This document shows, in pieces, positions 54,401 to 61,779 of a stretch of 64,000 nucleotides of DNA. The stretch is taken from assembly GCA_002633005.1 (NCBI GenBank), contig NMRA01000244.1, forward strand, positions 364,346-428,345, read 5' to 3'. The position numbers and the translations under genes were made by a program. The stretch comes from Phoronis australis. Its lineage: Eukaryota; Animalia; Phoronida. Each line of letters opens with the position of its first letter. Position 1 is the first letter of the stretch. A model generated the notes under the pieces. That model was not told the DNA's origin. It made no database searches and saw only the letters and a program-made list of their open reading frames with translations.

Positions 54401-57400
54401 AAACCATAGCGCCACTGGTGTGTGTTTGTGGAACTAGTACACAGGAACACATTAAGTACTAACTTCTGTACAGTCTTGACATGAACAATACATAGATAGG
54501 ACTCTCCAATGGTATAACCTTCAGTCTGGAAGTAATACAATCCAGGGTAGCGCAGTTCTTGACTGTAGGAGCCATATTGAGTGGCGACGAGACCCGATCT
54601 ACAAATGGACAGTATACGATTAAAACTTTGTATAATCATGGCAATTTATGCAGCTGATAAAAATCAAAACAGTAAAAGACTGATACTTCAGAGTAACTGA
54701 CATAGGAACACATTCCTTTCAAGTTTAAACAAGCTATTGCAACTGCCATAAAACCAGGAGACAATACTGGAGGGTAGACATTTTGCAATTTACGAAACGC
54801 GCCAAAAATGACAACTGCACAGACAACATACTACAGGGCTTAGAATTACCAATGACGAAAAAGAGGAAAAATTTCCAGGTGACGTATAGTTCCAGAAATA
54901 AATACGCTTGCATGATAGAAATATTTTTTGTGTTGTAAATCTTAGCTGAAATAAAATTTTTGCATAAATAAAGTCAAAATAATGATAAAAAAGAGACAAA
55001 AAAGGGAGCTGAAAAACAAATAAGAAGAAAGTGAAACTAAAAAAGAGGAAAATTAATCCTCTTAAAAGAGAAAAATTCCAAGCCCTGAGAGTACAATGCT
55101 TACACTGCTTTTTCATCTTTAACAAAGCCGCTGTGCTTAGAACAGTACTTCACTTCCCAGACTGAGTGCGGAATTTCACACTTCCAGTTGAACTTGACCA
55201 CTGACCCTTCATCCACACTGACCCTGCAGGGGTCAAAGCCAATGTCTGTGACCTCAATGACAGTCTCAGCACGTGGTTTCACAGTCACGGTAAGTGGAGT
55301 GCAGCGTAGACCAGCACTAGATGGCAGGACAGTAGAATCACAGATCATTGCTAGTCACTATAGAACAAGATAATTATTAGGCATTGTGTTTATTGATTCC
55401 AGACTCTTTGTACAGCAGCCACGTCAGACTAACGTATCAAAAAAGCACTTAATATAAATAAAATTACGGCAAAGTTTCTTCAAAATTAGAACACAATATG
55501 GCTAAACAGTAAAATTTCACTTTATCAGATTTTTCAACAAAAGTAAACAAAAAGGTAATTTTGCTTGATAATTTGAAAACATTATATGTTACGGCTGTCC
55601 TCCACAAACACAATTAAATTTTGACTATTTTTGGCCATACAGAGAGCATTTGAAATTTAAAATGTTAAATTTTTAGGCCATTGCTTTTGTTCAAATCTGA
55701 AGAAGCTTCACCGCATAGTCTATTATCAAAGATATGTCTGTACATGGCTTAAATTAATTTATTTGACCCACTTATACAGCTGTTGTAAGTTTCTAAAGAA
55801 TTCCCAACTTTATACACGACTCATATGTTTAGGTACATGTCAATGCCGACTACCTGACAAACTTGTACTCTCCTTCGAGTGTGAAGAGCTGAGAGAGCGC
55901 CCCCTTGAGGCAGGCTGGTCCACTGTTGTAGCCTCCCAATACAGGGCGGAATGACTCGCCATCATGAACAACCTAGAACAGTATGACATTAAGTACCAGC
56001 TACAGTTACATGTTAATTATTCTCAGACACAAGCGCAATTTCTCTTTTCAAAAGTTTAAAGCACCAACATAACCCATGTTCTAAAATAAAGAACATCAAC
56101 TTCAGCACATGGAATAACTAATAACGAAAAAAGAGGAAAAATTTCCAGGTGATGTATCGTTCCAAAAATAAATAAGCTTGTGTGATAGAAATATTTTTGT
56201 GTTGTATAATTTGAGTGAAATCAACTTTTTTGCATTAAGTCAAAATAATAATAAAATAAGGTGACGAAAAAACAAGAAACTTTCGGCAAATCAAAAGTAA
56301 AGAGGAAAATTCCAAACCCTGGACATGCAGCCCAAGTCGCAGTATCGAGTTGCTTTCTTTTGCTAGAATTGATTGGTTACACTAGTGGAATACTGGCGGG
56401 CCACAATCATGGCCGTACTGGCGTTGGCAACTACACTAATCCAACAAAAAGACAAGCCGGGCTTAACTGGCATGATCTAAACACAGCATTAAACCTGTCC
56501 CTCTTTTTTGATTTAGGCAGCTTACGGTAATGAAATTGGTTCCAAAACTTTCCTTAGTCAAAACGAGTGATTTACTGGGCTTTGACCAAACTAGCAGTTA
56601 TGAAATTGGTCCCTGAAAACTGGCAGTTTGTTTTCCTTCACTGCAGAATAATTCAGCCTCAGTGCAACAGGAAGATGTACTCCTGTTCGCAATCAAAAAA
56701 GAGGGACAGGTTTAATACAGCCTTAAGATCATGCTTGTTAAGCTGTTTGTCTTTTGTTGGGCCCTGTTAGTTGCTGAGTAAGGAACAATTGTGATCAATT
56801 TTATGACATTACGTGGCCTAAATGGAAATTCTTTTGACAGAAAGTTGCACACTCAGGGTAAATGACATCCACTTTAAGCAATAACTTGAGTGGACACGAG
56901 ACTTCATCTCAAGCTTGTATAAACCATTTCTTGGTACCGGTCGGGTATAGCGGTCACTGATTTAGAGAACAAGGCAATCACTGAATAACAGGCCCGTTAT
57001 TTTGTGGATCGATGAAACTGCGATTCTCTAAATCAGGGATCGCTATGTCCGACCATTGCCCATTTCTTGAAACTTCAATGACAGGGCCACAAAACCATAG
57101 ACGACAGGCCTACTATAACCTATGCTAAAACGCACTCAGTTCGGCGCTGCCGTGCCAGGCCACTGGCATTGTCAACCTAGCATTGTCACGTCGATTTCTT
57201 AATGATTGGGCAGTGTGACTGCGCTACCTGACTGAAAGTGAAAGTTTCACTAGTGAAATACAGATCAACCTCCGCTATCAGTACAACGCAAGTTTGTCAG
57301 CTCGATGGACAATTCGATAATACACTACTGAAACCAAAAGAACGCAACTAACTATCAGAATATTTTCAAACAACCCGCCAGCCACTCAGCAAACATCATT

Positions 57401-60400
57401 GACTTGATTTACTAAATCTTTGACGTGATGAGGATGGTTACAAGCGACATCTGGTGGTAATTGCTTAATCTAAAGATCGCGTATGCTTAAACCTTTGAAT
57501 ACTTATTTGGGCAATCAGGTAAAAAATTTTGTTCAGTGTACAGAATTTTTGTAATTATTGGCCTCATGGTCACCCCTTTTCTCCTTTAACGTAACTAGTG
57601 TCAAAGAATATGGAGGAATGAGTGAGTGATGAATCGAGATCGCCAATAGTTGAAAAATGGCCCCCTTTGGCCCTACTCTAGTGACTGGCTTCGGCCAACC
57701 CCGCGATGGCTTAGGCGTCCCAGTGACCTTCATTACCGGCGGCCTCACGGGCAAGCCCGCGATCGGACTGGTTACCAGTGTTTGAATTTAGCCAGTCAAC
57801 CCTTTAGTTTTCTGAACTTTACATTTTCAGTTAAATTTGCGGCCAAAAACATATCATTTCTCGTTACCCGACGATGTGCGTTTCAGCTTACCTGTGTTAC
57901 GTTGAATCCATTACCGGTTAATTCATGCCACGAAAAACTGACAACCTAAAAGGTAAACGAGGACACATATTACTGCCTAGTACGTTCTGTTAAATCCAAT
58001 TCTTGATCTACACTTATGTATTTCAAGCACCTTCTTAATCATTCTACTTTTCACCATTTCGATATTTTCATTGGTAAAATTCTTCAGTCAATGCACACCC
58101 TTTTTCGGAAAGGAGCGATTTTTTACTCCTGAGCCTATGTAATCCCCACCACTGCCAAAGATACTGCCACTGCACCGCCAAAGCGATGTACGTGTCACGA
58201 CAATGATCAAAAGCCTTGTCTTATCTACGTCATGAACACTGGGAGACGACCAACCCAGCCTAGAGGCGGATATATTTCTTCATTCGTATGCTTTTCGCAA
58301 GAAAAGATAACACTAGACAACAGTAAGAAGTCTTGGCATGTTATAACTGGAACTCATAGGTACATCATTTTAGTGTTATATAAAGCTTACCTGTCAAAAT
58401 TAACCACTAGATGTATATGCGGTGTTGAAAATTTGAAAAGATGCATTGCGTACGATCTTGAATTTGTTGCATGTTTTATTTTGTCCACTAAACGCAACCG
58501 TCGAACTCAATATTGTAGGTAGCGCGTGCATCTTGCACTGAGCGTTGCAGTGAAGGAAGGACCAGTTAACGTAATATATAATCTAATAAATAAATAATAA
58601 ACTCCGTTTTTAATAGGAGTTTTCCACATGTTTTTTCGTTTCGCTCACACGAGATTCGCTCTGGCCGAGGTGATCGATACATATTGCGTATTGCAACGTG
58701 ATTTATCATTGTTATAGTAGTCTGAACGTAACAAAAGAACCTTTTGTATCCTCAGGCGCAAATATTATGAAAATTCTGACGTGTTTATAGAATTTTGTAT
58801 CACTAAGCCGAACACGGAGATGTGTTGGGATTTTTTAAACCAATTGCAGCATTGCGGAACAAATTCTCAATACACTCTCAAGGCGTCATTGTACCATATT
58901 AAGACATGTGTGCAGAAAAACACAACTCGGCTATTAGGCCAAGAGGCTGGTATATTAAAAACTATCTAGAGCTACGTTCCAGTCGTAAGAAACATTGATC
59001 TGAAGCTATCCCCACCCCCTCGACCACCTTACCTGCCCCTCGTTGATGGTAAGGTGTTGGACTGAGAATCCCATCTTTGTTATTTTCACTTCTTGTGGAC
59101 CGTCTGCCAACGAACAGGACATCAAAGTAGAATGTAACCAGTGACAAGAATAAAAACACAAACAAAAAACAAGAAAATAAGTGCATCACTTTTTGATTGA
59201 TAAAAGACAAATCATTGGGCCGTTATTTGATACTAGCGTTTCGCAAGCGAAAGTTTAAGATTGTCTGAAATGGGATCGCGTAACTTATCGTCAGTATTAA
59301 TTTTAAAAGAAGATTGCAGTTACACTGACCACATTCTTACTTTAAAAAGAAAGGAATTCCTTTAAATTGCTACCTGACAAGAATCTGCTGATAAATAAAA
59401 CGAGTATCAATGCTAGTTTGAATAATGTTTCGAATAAAAACTATCATATTAGATGAAGTAAAATATTTGAGCATTTTTATCTGATGGGCAGTCGGTAATC
59501 TGCCGCTAACGATCAGATAAATTCAATGAAGACATGAACTTAACTAAAGTAATAGTAATCAACAACAAGATATTGGTTGGCTCGTACATCCTGCAAAATA
59601 TTTGGCAAAACAGTGAGACAAACATTATTGTATACACCCTGATGTGGCAGCTGAGGGCCGCAGCACGGCGCGCCACCTGTGTACCTGACGCTATCACAAA
59701 TCCTCTCTGCCTCACTACGTCGATCGTTTCCATGTAGTTAAGACATCGCGATCTCTCGAGTTGGGGCAGTGAAACACCGATAGACACGTTCTCGGAGTCA
59801 TTTTTAACTTGAGACTTCCTACCCTGGACCCCGGAAATATCCGGCAGCGTCACATGCTGTGCTGGATCGGCCTCGGTAGGGAGTGTCTTATTATTCACAG
59901 CCTCCGAACTCTCACTATGATTTTCCTGGCTCATTCCCTGTATCCGCGCTAACGGGAAGACACGCTTAGGTCTCTTTTTAGTCTTTGATTTCCCCATAAA
60001 TAAATTGGTCAACATTGTAATTAACACTGCTGCCTCGTTGATAGTATCAATATAGATTGACCGCTATTTACACGTATGTACGCGTAACACAATATTTCGC
60101 GCTTTCCGGAGAATTAATTACACAATGAAAACACAAAATGTGTCAATGCTATGGAGCTAGAAGAAGACTTGTCAGTTCTTCACGTTATCAATTATTTTGA
60201 CCATTCCGATTGCAAGGCATTCGTTTAAATCTTTTCACCCACGCTTAGTAGTAGAATACTTTAATCTTCAGACGAATATTATTCTGTAAGAGTGACCAAC
60301 GTTACTACAGTATCCTCGCGCTCGTCACTGCGGCACGAAGGCAGCAATAAACTTTAGTGTATCTTTCTCCGCTCGCAAAATTCGTCGCACAATCTCTAGA

Positions 60401-61779
60401 TTTCAACCGAACTTGAACTCTGCACACAGAATGTACAATTCTGCGTGAATACTGCTCTCTGACTGTTGATGTGGTCATACATTGTCGTCTATTTTATGTC
60501 ACCAATGTTGACGTCTATATTGAAATGTCACGGTACCCCTGGAGAGGTAACATTTGCATCGCAGATCGAAGATTTGATTAGCCAGCCATTTATATAATTC
60601 GATCACCTAAATAATAAAAGACCCATTCCACTGTGACGGCATGCAAATTGTACTGTCTTTAATGTTAAATTACGTTTGTACATATCAGCACTGTAAGTTG
60701 ACCTTAACTGAGTCTTAACTAAATAAAAAAGTTATTGTATTGTGGACTAGTGTGATCCGCACCGTACCTATTTTATTGAATAAAAAGATCGTTGAATGGA
60801 TTGCATGTAGCATTACATGCGCGCACCCAGGACGCTCGGGGGCTCGAACACCCCCCCGCATTTGGCGAAGTGGGCAAAAATCCGCTTCAGAGAAAAAAAC
60901 TCCCGAAAAATGTAGAAAACGAGACAAACGTCCACTAAAAAGGCGGGAACTATCAAAATTCGGCTCATGCACTTTTAATAGCTAAGAACGTACCTTGGTA
61001 AATCTTTGTAAAAGCTCCACATTCTCCAAGCCCCCCATATTTCAGGCTGGGTGCGCGCATGCATTGTACACATTTACCGATGGAGATTTTTGCGAGGCGA
61101 TTCGACATTTTTGTACGCGTAGTAACTAGCTTCAATAAAACTAAGTAAAAAATATCTAACTGAAAAAAAACATCACAAATATGAAATAGGCATTTTCCGT
61201 ACAGAGGTTACGAAATAGAGCAAATAATTATATGCATATGTATACCATCAAACTTCCCCGTAATTGTGCTTGTCTAGAGATTACAACATTGTTGACCAAT
61301 AGACGACCTTCTCCGACCTTTTCTTACATGGGCGCGCACCATAGGGGGCTGGGGTTTGGGGGGGGGGGGCGGCTATAGCCCCCACTTATTTCAGTGCTGC
61401 GCCGCCAACGTTTTCGATTTAGATAATTAATAAAACTTTCCTGTTTATCTATTGTAGTGCTTGACACTTGTTATTTTGCCGTCGGTAGATTATTATAATC
61501 AAACCAACAGACTACCTTCACACTTAAAAAGTCTTTGACTTAGATCACTGAATACCCTTTACACTTACAAGCTGAGATCGTTGAGAACTGAGACATCCTT
61601 GACATAGGCCGAGACCCCCGCGAGCTCTTCGAACCCGAGGAGTAGACAGAGTCCGATCCCGTGCTCAACTGTTTAAGAGGTTTGGTCAAGAGGGCTCCTC
61701 CCGCTCCACCATTAGGGAGTGACTTCGTGACCTTTTCAGGAACGAGCACTTCGTTCTGTGTCGAAGCGCCTGAACCCAT
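217..61779 (-). CDS. Giant 40-exon gene (3' incomplete): myristoylated multi-cupredoxin-like / CHB_HEX_C-like / FN3-repeat protein, about 2675 aa in window
   Basis: Manual exon chaining with GT-AG boundaries; every junction is phase-compatible, total 8027 nt; domain motifs run continuously across junctions. The join at 28005 is the least certain. Confidence 0.8.
822..960 (-). CDS. Exon 39, VSLEWEPG...IAGYDVMLDG...IDNLKP (FN3-like)
   Basis: cttcag| and G|gtttga; LxWxP...IxGYxV...NLKPG FN3 signature. Confidence 0.9.
1702..1843 (-). CDS. Exon 38, IYVVATYS...YTTLGKPDPPKVWAKSAHLYQ
   Basis: tttcacag| and CAG|gtagtc, phase 2 to 0. Confidence 0.85.
9279..9389 (-). CDS. Exon 37, FECLQSE...ECLVKGLSPGATYR
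   Basis: tttccag| and AG|gtactt; GLxPGxxY FN3 motif. Confidence 0.9.
10728..12465 (+). mobile_element. Helentron/HINE-like non-autonomous element with an internal ~445-bp higher-order tandem repeat
   Basis: 5' aaccagagcaacgcggagcattgaaatg (shared with 24173); internal 143/143/159-bp subunits; ggac-rich tract, then terminal hairpin tgcgtccacatat-aa-atatgtgggcgca and taaaaat. Confidence 0.65.
14506..14684 (-). CDS. Exon 36, GDLDHGDILPAPVISVE...LVRWRL...FVVNV (FN3-like)
   Basis: ttttcag| and AG|gtgagt, phase 0 to 2. Confidence 0.85.
15086..15230 (-). CDS. Exon 35, KRRPRSESH...FINGPQQ
   Basis: aatttcag| and CAA|gtaagt, phase 2 to 0. Confidence 0.8.
16836..17053. mobile_element. Diverged copy of the CAGGG MITE family
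   Basis: gggctgtggaattcc...aaagaggaaaatt ... gaggaaaattccaacccctg. Confidence 0.6.
17521..17580. repeat. AT-rich tatataaatttaatta minisatellite (continues at 19001-19105), split by the transposon
   Basis: Same unit on both sides of the pogo-like insertion. Confidence 0.85.
17583..19000. mobile_element. Non-autonomous Tc1/mariner (pogo-like) DNA transposon
   Basis: TIRs ccgtattcgccgtaataaccgccca / tgggtggttattacggctaattcgg; TA on both flanks; inserted in an AT-rich minisatellite. Confidence 0.8.
19385..19632. repeat. 22-bp repeat plus (CAC/CAT)n microsatellite
   Basis: acagtagttaagtgtggttgtg x3-4, then a caccac tract. Confidence 0.85.
19643..19770 (-). CDS. Exon 34, TKPPSGKKVKK...MKKKKRHKP
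   Basis: tgacag| and AG|gtaggg, phase 0 to 2; joins the next exon as KKKKRHKPRKRRPRS. Confidence 0.7.
20723..20937 (-). CDS. Exon 33, identical copy 1 (probably the allelic duplicate)
   Basis: Same peptide and splice sites as 21916..22130; adjacent to the N at 20955. Confidence 0.6.
21916..22130 (-). CDS. Exon 33, DSTEKSNPIQ...IMNRMQ (copy 2 of duplicated segment)
   Basis: ttttctatag| and CAG|gttagt, phase 1 to 0. Confidence 0.8.
23093..25050. repeat. 42-bp minisatellite blocks (23093-23340, 23650-23965, 24416-25050)
   Basis: Unit gaccagtacaggtgtgactatagggccaggtataggctacat. Confidence 0.9.
24173..24414 (+). mobile_element. 5' end of a HINE-like element, cut by the N gap
   Basis: acaagagcaacgcagagcgttgaaatgcgcccaca; atgcgcccaca is the reverse complement of tgtgggcgcat at the 3' end of the 10.7-12.5 kb element; absent at the matching site of the duplicate (~25257). 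Confidence 0.6.
25592..26644 (-). CDS. Exon 32, 1053-nt basic exon with amphipathic helices
   Basis: ORF 25533..26708; aatttcag| and G|gttggt, phase 1 to 1. Confidence 0.8.
26815..27195. repeat. ~48-bp minisatellite next to the exon 31 donor
   Basis: Unit ttgaccaacacccctcaccacagttagcagtatttcaaacagacaac. Confidence 0.85.
27202..28005 (-). CDS. Exon 31, low-complexity with internal SPTRAPMGSQTSLGSRQLV-type repeats; 5' boundary ambiguous (28005 vs 28101 vs ATG 28027)
   Basis: ORF 27089..28027; donor G|gtgagt; in-frame acceptor catccaacag| at 28005. Confidence 0.7.
28456..28674 (-). CDS. Exon 30, Gln/His-rich
   Basis: ctcccag| and G|gtaaaa, phase 1 to 1. Confidence 0.8.
29089..29241 (-). CDS. 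Exon 29, NDIDPFPVEH...QQSHPQ
   Basis: tttctctag| and G|gtaagt, phase 1 to 1. Confidence 0.8.
31765..32880 (-). CDS. Exon 28, 1116-nt Ser/Gly/Asp-rich low-complexity exon
   Basis: Within ORF 31688..32899; catcacag| and G|gtacta, phase 1 to 1. Confidence 0.8.
33354..33518 (-). CDS. Exon 27, GKPKMSNELEVVLPLET...GMMPGVDQ
   Basis: ttacag| and G|gtaatg, phase 1 to 1. Confidence 0.85.
34136..34235 (-). CDS. Exon 26, VLPDEDTNRCKVVIEGCQLHIPYKFVVMALPGN
   Basis: tctgtag| and G|gtaggt, phase 0 to 1. Confidence 0.85.
34270..34745. repeat. Complex minisatellite of direct and inverted tagtaat/attacta subunits
   Basis: Repeated ttagtaatcagtgttagtaacaggtg and cattactaatc. Confidence 0.8.
34769..34933 (-). 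CDS. Exon 25, LMKCP...ALSIVWTS...ISGYVLYLNGQQCGSK (FN3-like)
   Basis: ctacag| and AAG|gtaatc, 165 nt. Confidence 0.9.
35463..35615 (-). CDS. Exon 24, ITFNNVSY...VAGLAGGASYDTQLQVF...SNNL
   Basis: ctccag| and CTG|gtaaga; GLxxGxxY FN3 motif. Confidence 0.9.
36366..36491 (-). CDS. Exon 23, ALQLRWFSCVPTI...MEIFWEFPPE...IKGYQ (FN3-like)
   Basis: ttccag| and CAG|gtaata, 126 nt; WxxP...IxGY FN3 motif. Confidence 0.85.
36896..36980 (-). CDS. Exon 22, RFWVLSNDTQSVHSEEGEQQVELPKQDQ
   Basis: ttttttcag| and CAG|gtaaag, phase 2 to 0. Confidence 0.85.
37406..37512 (-). CDS. Exon 21, VYTDDKGIVLNKSGLCFIRAMAVSEMSENSDVFTS
   Basis: ttccag| and AA|gtaagt; Y..I.L...IRA.A...S completes the CHB_HEX_C-like domain. 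Confidence 0.9.
37980..38720 (-). mobile_element. Degenerate non-LTR retrotransposon (CR1/L2-group-like) reverse transcriptase fragment
   Basis: Minus-strand peptides FIDLKKVFDTVDHTILL, GVPQGSILGPLLF, WLVSNKLSLN and KIGVLKRISKFV...IQPHLDYCLPVWG; frameshifted, with no intact YADD segment. Confidence 0.9.
39339..39493 (-). CDS. Exon 20, PKTPTPFIC...VRLDCDGGDSKIYYTVDGTLP... (CHB_HEX_C/Fn3-associated-like)
   Basis: ttcacag| and AAG|gtatgt; IYYTxDGxxP signature. Confidence 0.9.
42048..42204 (-). CDS. Exon 19, APLSVVEGSLSFNSGKP...FLYTFDEVGVFGVASQGAPGYAGVVIVLSD
   Basis: tcaag| and C|gtgagt, phase 0 to 1; FNSG...YTFxxxG cupredoxin pattern. Confidence 0.9.
42427..42504 (-). CDS. Exon 18, NQTILWTWKDCQEAHNIIHVNPPDHE (repeat 7)
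   Basis: ttgtag| and GAG|gtgcgt, 78 nt. Confidence 0.9.
43090..43573. mobile_element. Tc1/pogo-like MITE
   Basis: TIRs ccgggatttcccgtaga / tctacggaaaatcccgg with TA flanks. Confidence 0.8.
44193..44397 (-). CDS. Exon 17, RCMNRAVVEKGVYHFTS...IRVDSTGFHPEKVHIRM
   Basis: ttgttag| and ATG|gtgagt, phase 2 to 0. Confidence 0.9.
45776..45945 (-). CDS. Exon 16, VCEVMVTSHVDPDPLVCALNDVVVWTF...HDV... (repeat 6)
   Basis: ctgtcag| and AG|gtatgg, phase 0 to 2. Confidence 0.85.
46179..46230 (-). CDS. Exon 15, QSLSKIFGAVVVTSQPS
   Basis: ccttcag| and TCT|gtaagt, phase 2 to 0. Confidence 0.85.
46712..46824 (-). CDS. Exon 14, VSHQGQFIESGFCSGAP...FVHQFTACGVYYYIS
   Basis: ggccag| and AG|gtacag, phase 0 to 2. 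Confidence 0.9.
47311..47427 (-). CDS. Exon 13, NYTIHVTDSGFEPKILTVHPSDRVWWVWQQGDKQHNIVQ (repeat 5)
   Basis: tttcag| and CAG|gtgggt, 117 nt. Confidence 0.9.
47659..47816 (-). CDS. Exon 12, DMCRYLDSE...GIGVYHFGVTD...TIIVQPGSR
   Basis: tttacag| and AGG|gtgagg, phase 1 to 0. Confidence 0.85.
47817..48175. repeat. 49-bp minisatellite (~7 copies) derived from the exon 12 acceptor
   Basis: Minus-strand unit cacctgtattatatttacag|acacgtgcaggtacctggactctgtcact. Confidence 0.9.
48927..49064 (-). CDS. Exon 11, DLTFADSGDRIWWTWDMSEMIHNFS... (repeat 4)
   Basis: ttgtcag| and G|gtgact, phase 1 to 1. Confidence 0.9.
49478..49635 (-). CDS. Exon 10, KGGLLCHTFDKPGVFFYSDQ...VGTVIV...IELSSDGFTP
   Basis: tttcag| and G|gtaaat, phase 2 to 1; HTFDKPGxFxY is a typical cupredoxin strand. 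Confidence 0.9.
50578..50612 (-). CDS. Exon 9, ATFDGFRWPSP
   Basis: tttttcttgcag| and AG|gttagt, phase 0 to 2. Confidence 0.8.
50837..51075. repeat. 47-bp minisatellite (~5 copies)
   Basis: catggtcagcactgtacagctgtgacctcttgaagacattcattata. Confidence 0.9.
52286..52357 (-). CDS. Exon 8, CRKPHGIYQIDAPEIDHPPDEPYK
   Basis: tttcag| and AAG|gtaagc, 72 nt. Confidence 0.85.
52358..53235. repeat. 72-bp minisatellite (~12 copies) derived from the exon 8 acceptor and exon start
   Basis: The unit translates YSKQLGVYQIDAHVVDHNIRFILQ versus exon CRKPHGIYQIDAPEIDH. Confidence 0.9.
53293..53389 (-). CDS. Exon 7, EHRVEVLDRSFNPMILLVEAGDRVWWYWDRLK (repeat 3)
   Basis: tttacag| and AAG|gtaagt, phase 2 to 0. 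Confidence 0.9.
54464..54598 (-). CDS. Exon 6, SGLVATQYGSYSQELRYPGLYYFQ...LCIVHVKTVQ
   Basis: ttgtag| and AA|gttagt, phase 2 to 2. Confidence 0.85.
54834..55087. mobile_element. MITE with CAGGGCTT(A/G)GAATT TIRs (hAT-like ends)
   Basis: cagggcttagaatt ... aattccaagccctg; related copies at ~16836-17053, ~56110-56322 and ~40118-40167. Confidence 0.7.
55104..55316 (-). CDS. Exon 5, ...IEVTDIGFDPCRVSVDEGSVVKFNWKCEIPHSV... (repeat 2)
   Basis: catctag| and GT|gtaagc, phase 2 to 2; plastocyanin-like GFxP...GxxVxFxW...HSV pattern. Confidence 0.9.
55854..55972 (-). CDS. Exon 4, VVHDGESFRPVLGGYNSGP...EGEYKFVS
   Basis: ttctag| and AG|gtagtc, phase 0 to 2. Confidence 0.85.
56110..56322. mobile_element. 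Copy of the CAGGG MITE family (left end eroded)
   Basis: Aligns with 54845-55087 (acgaaaaaagaggaaaaatttccaggtga...aattccaaaccctg). Confidence 0.65.
56427..56775. mobile_element. Foldback MITE with long imperfect inverted arms
   Basis: ccaacaaaaagacaag...ttaaacctgtccctcttttttgatt vs aatcaaaaaagagggacaggtttaa...tttgtcttttgttgg. Confidence 0.7.
57892..57945 (-). CDS. Exon 3, VVSFSWHELTGNGFNVTQ
   Basis: ccttttag| and CAG|gtaagc, 54 nt, phase 0 to 0. Confidence 0.85.
59033..59103 (-). CDS. Exon 2, GPQEVKITKMGFSVQHLTINEGQ (start of cupredoxin-like repeat 1)
   Basis: ggcag| acceptor, CAG|gtaagg donor, phase 1 to 0. Confidence 0.85.
59685..59997 (-). CDS. Probable alternative first exon 1b, MGKSKTKKRPKR...GFVIAS
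   Basis: 313-nt open frame from ATG, donor CAG|gtacac, phase 1 like exon 1a; no polypyrimidine acceptor upstream. Confidence 0.55.
60816..61061. mobile_element. GC-rich MITE with 14-bp perfect TIR CATGCGCGCACCCA
   Basis: catgcgcgcaccca ... tgggtgcgcgcatg; related remnant at ~61327-61405. Confidence 0.75.
61569..61779 (-). CDS. Exon 1a, MGSGASTQNEV...STISA (N-myristoylation-type start)
   Basis: ATG at 61779, donor T|gtaagt, phase 1; acceptor ttgcag 13 nt upstream of the ATG implies a 5'UTR exon. Confidence 0.8.

Noticed and set aside
42048-59103. Calling the gene a multicopper oxidase (laccase/ceruloplasmin) or fibrocystin-like
   Set aside because: No HxH or HCH copper motifs, no signal peptide, no TM segment seen; myristoylation-type start
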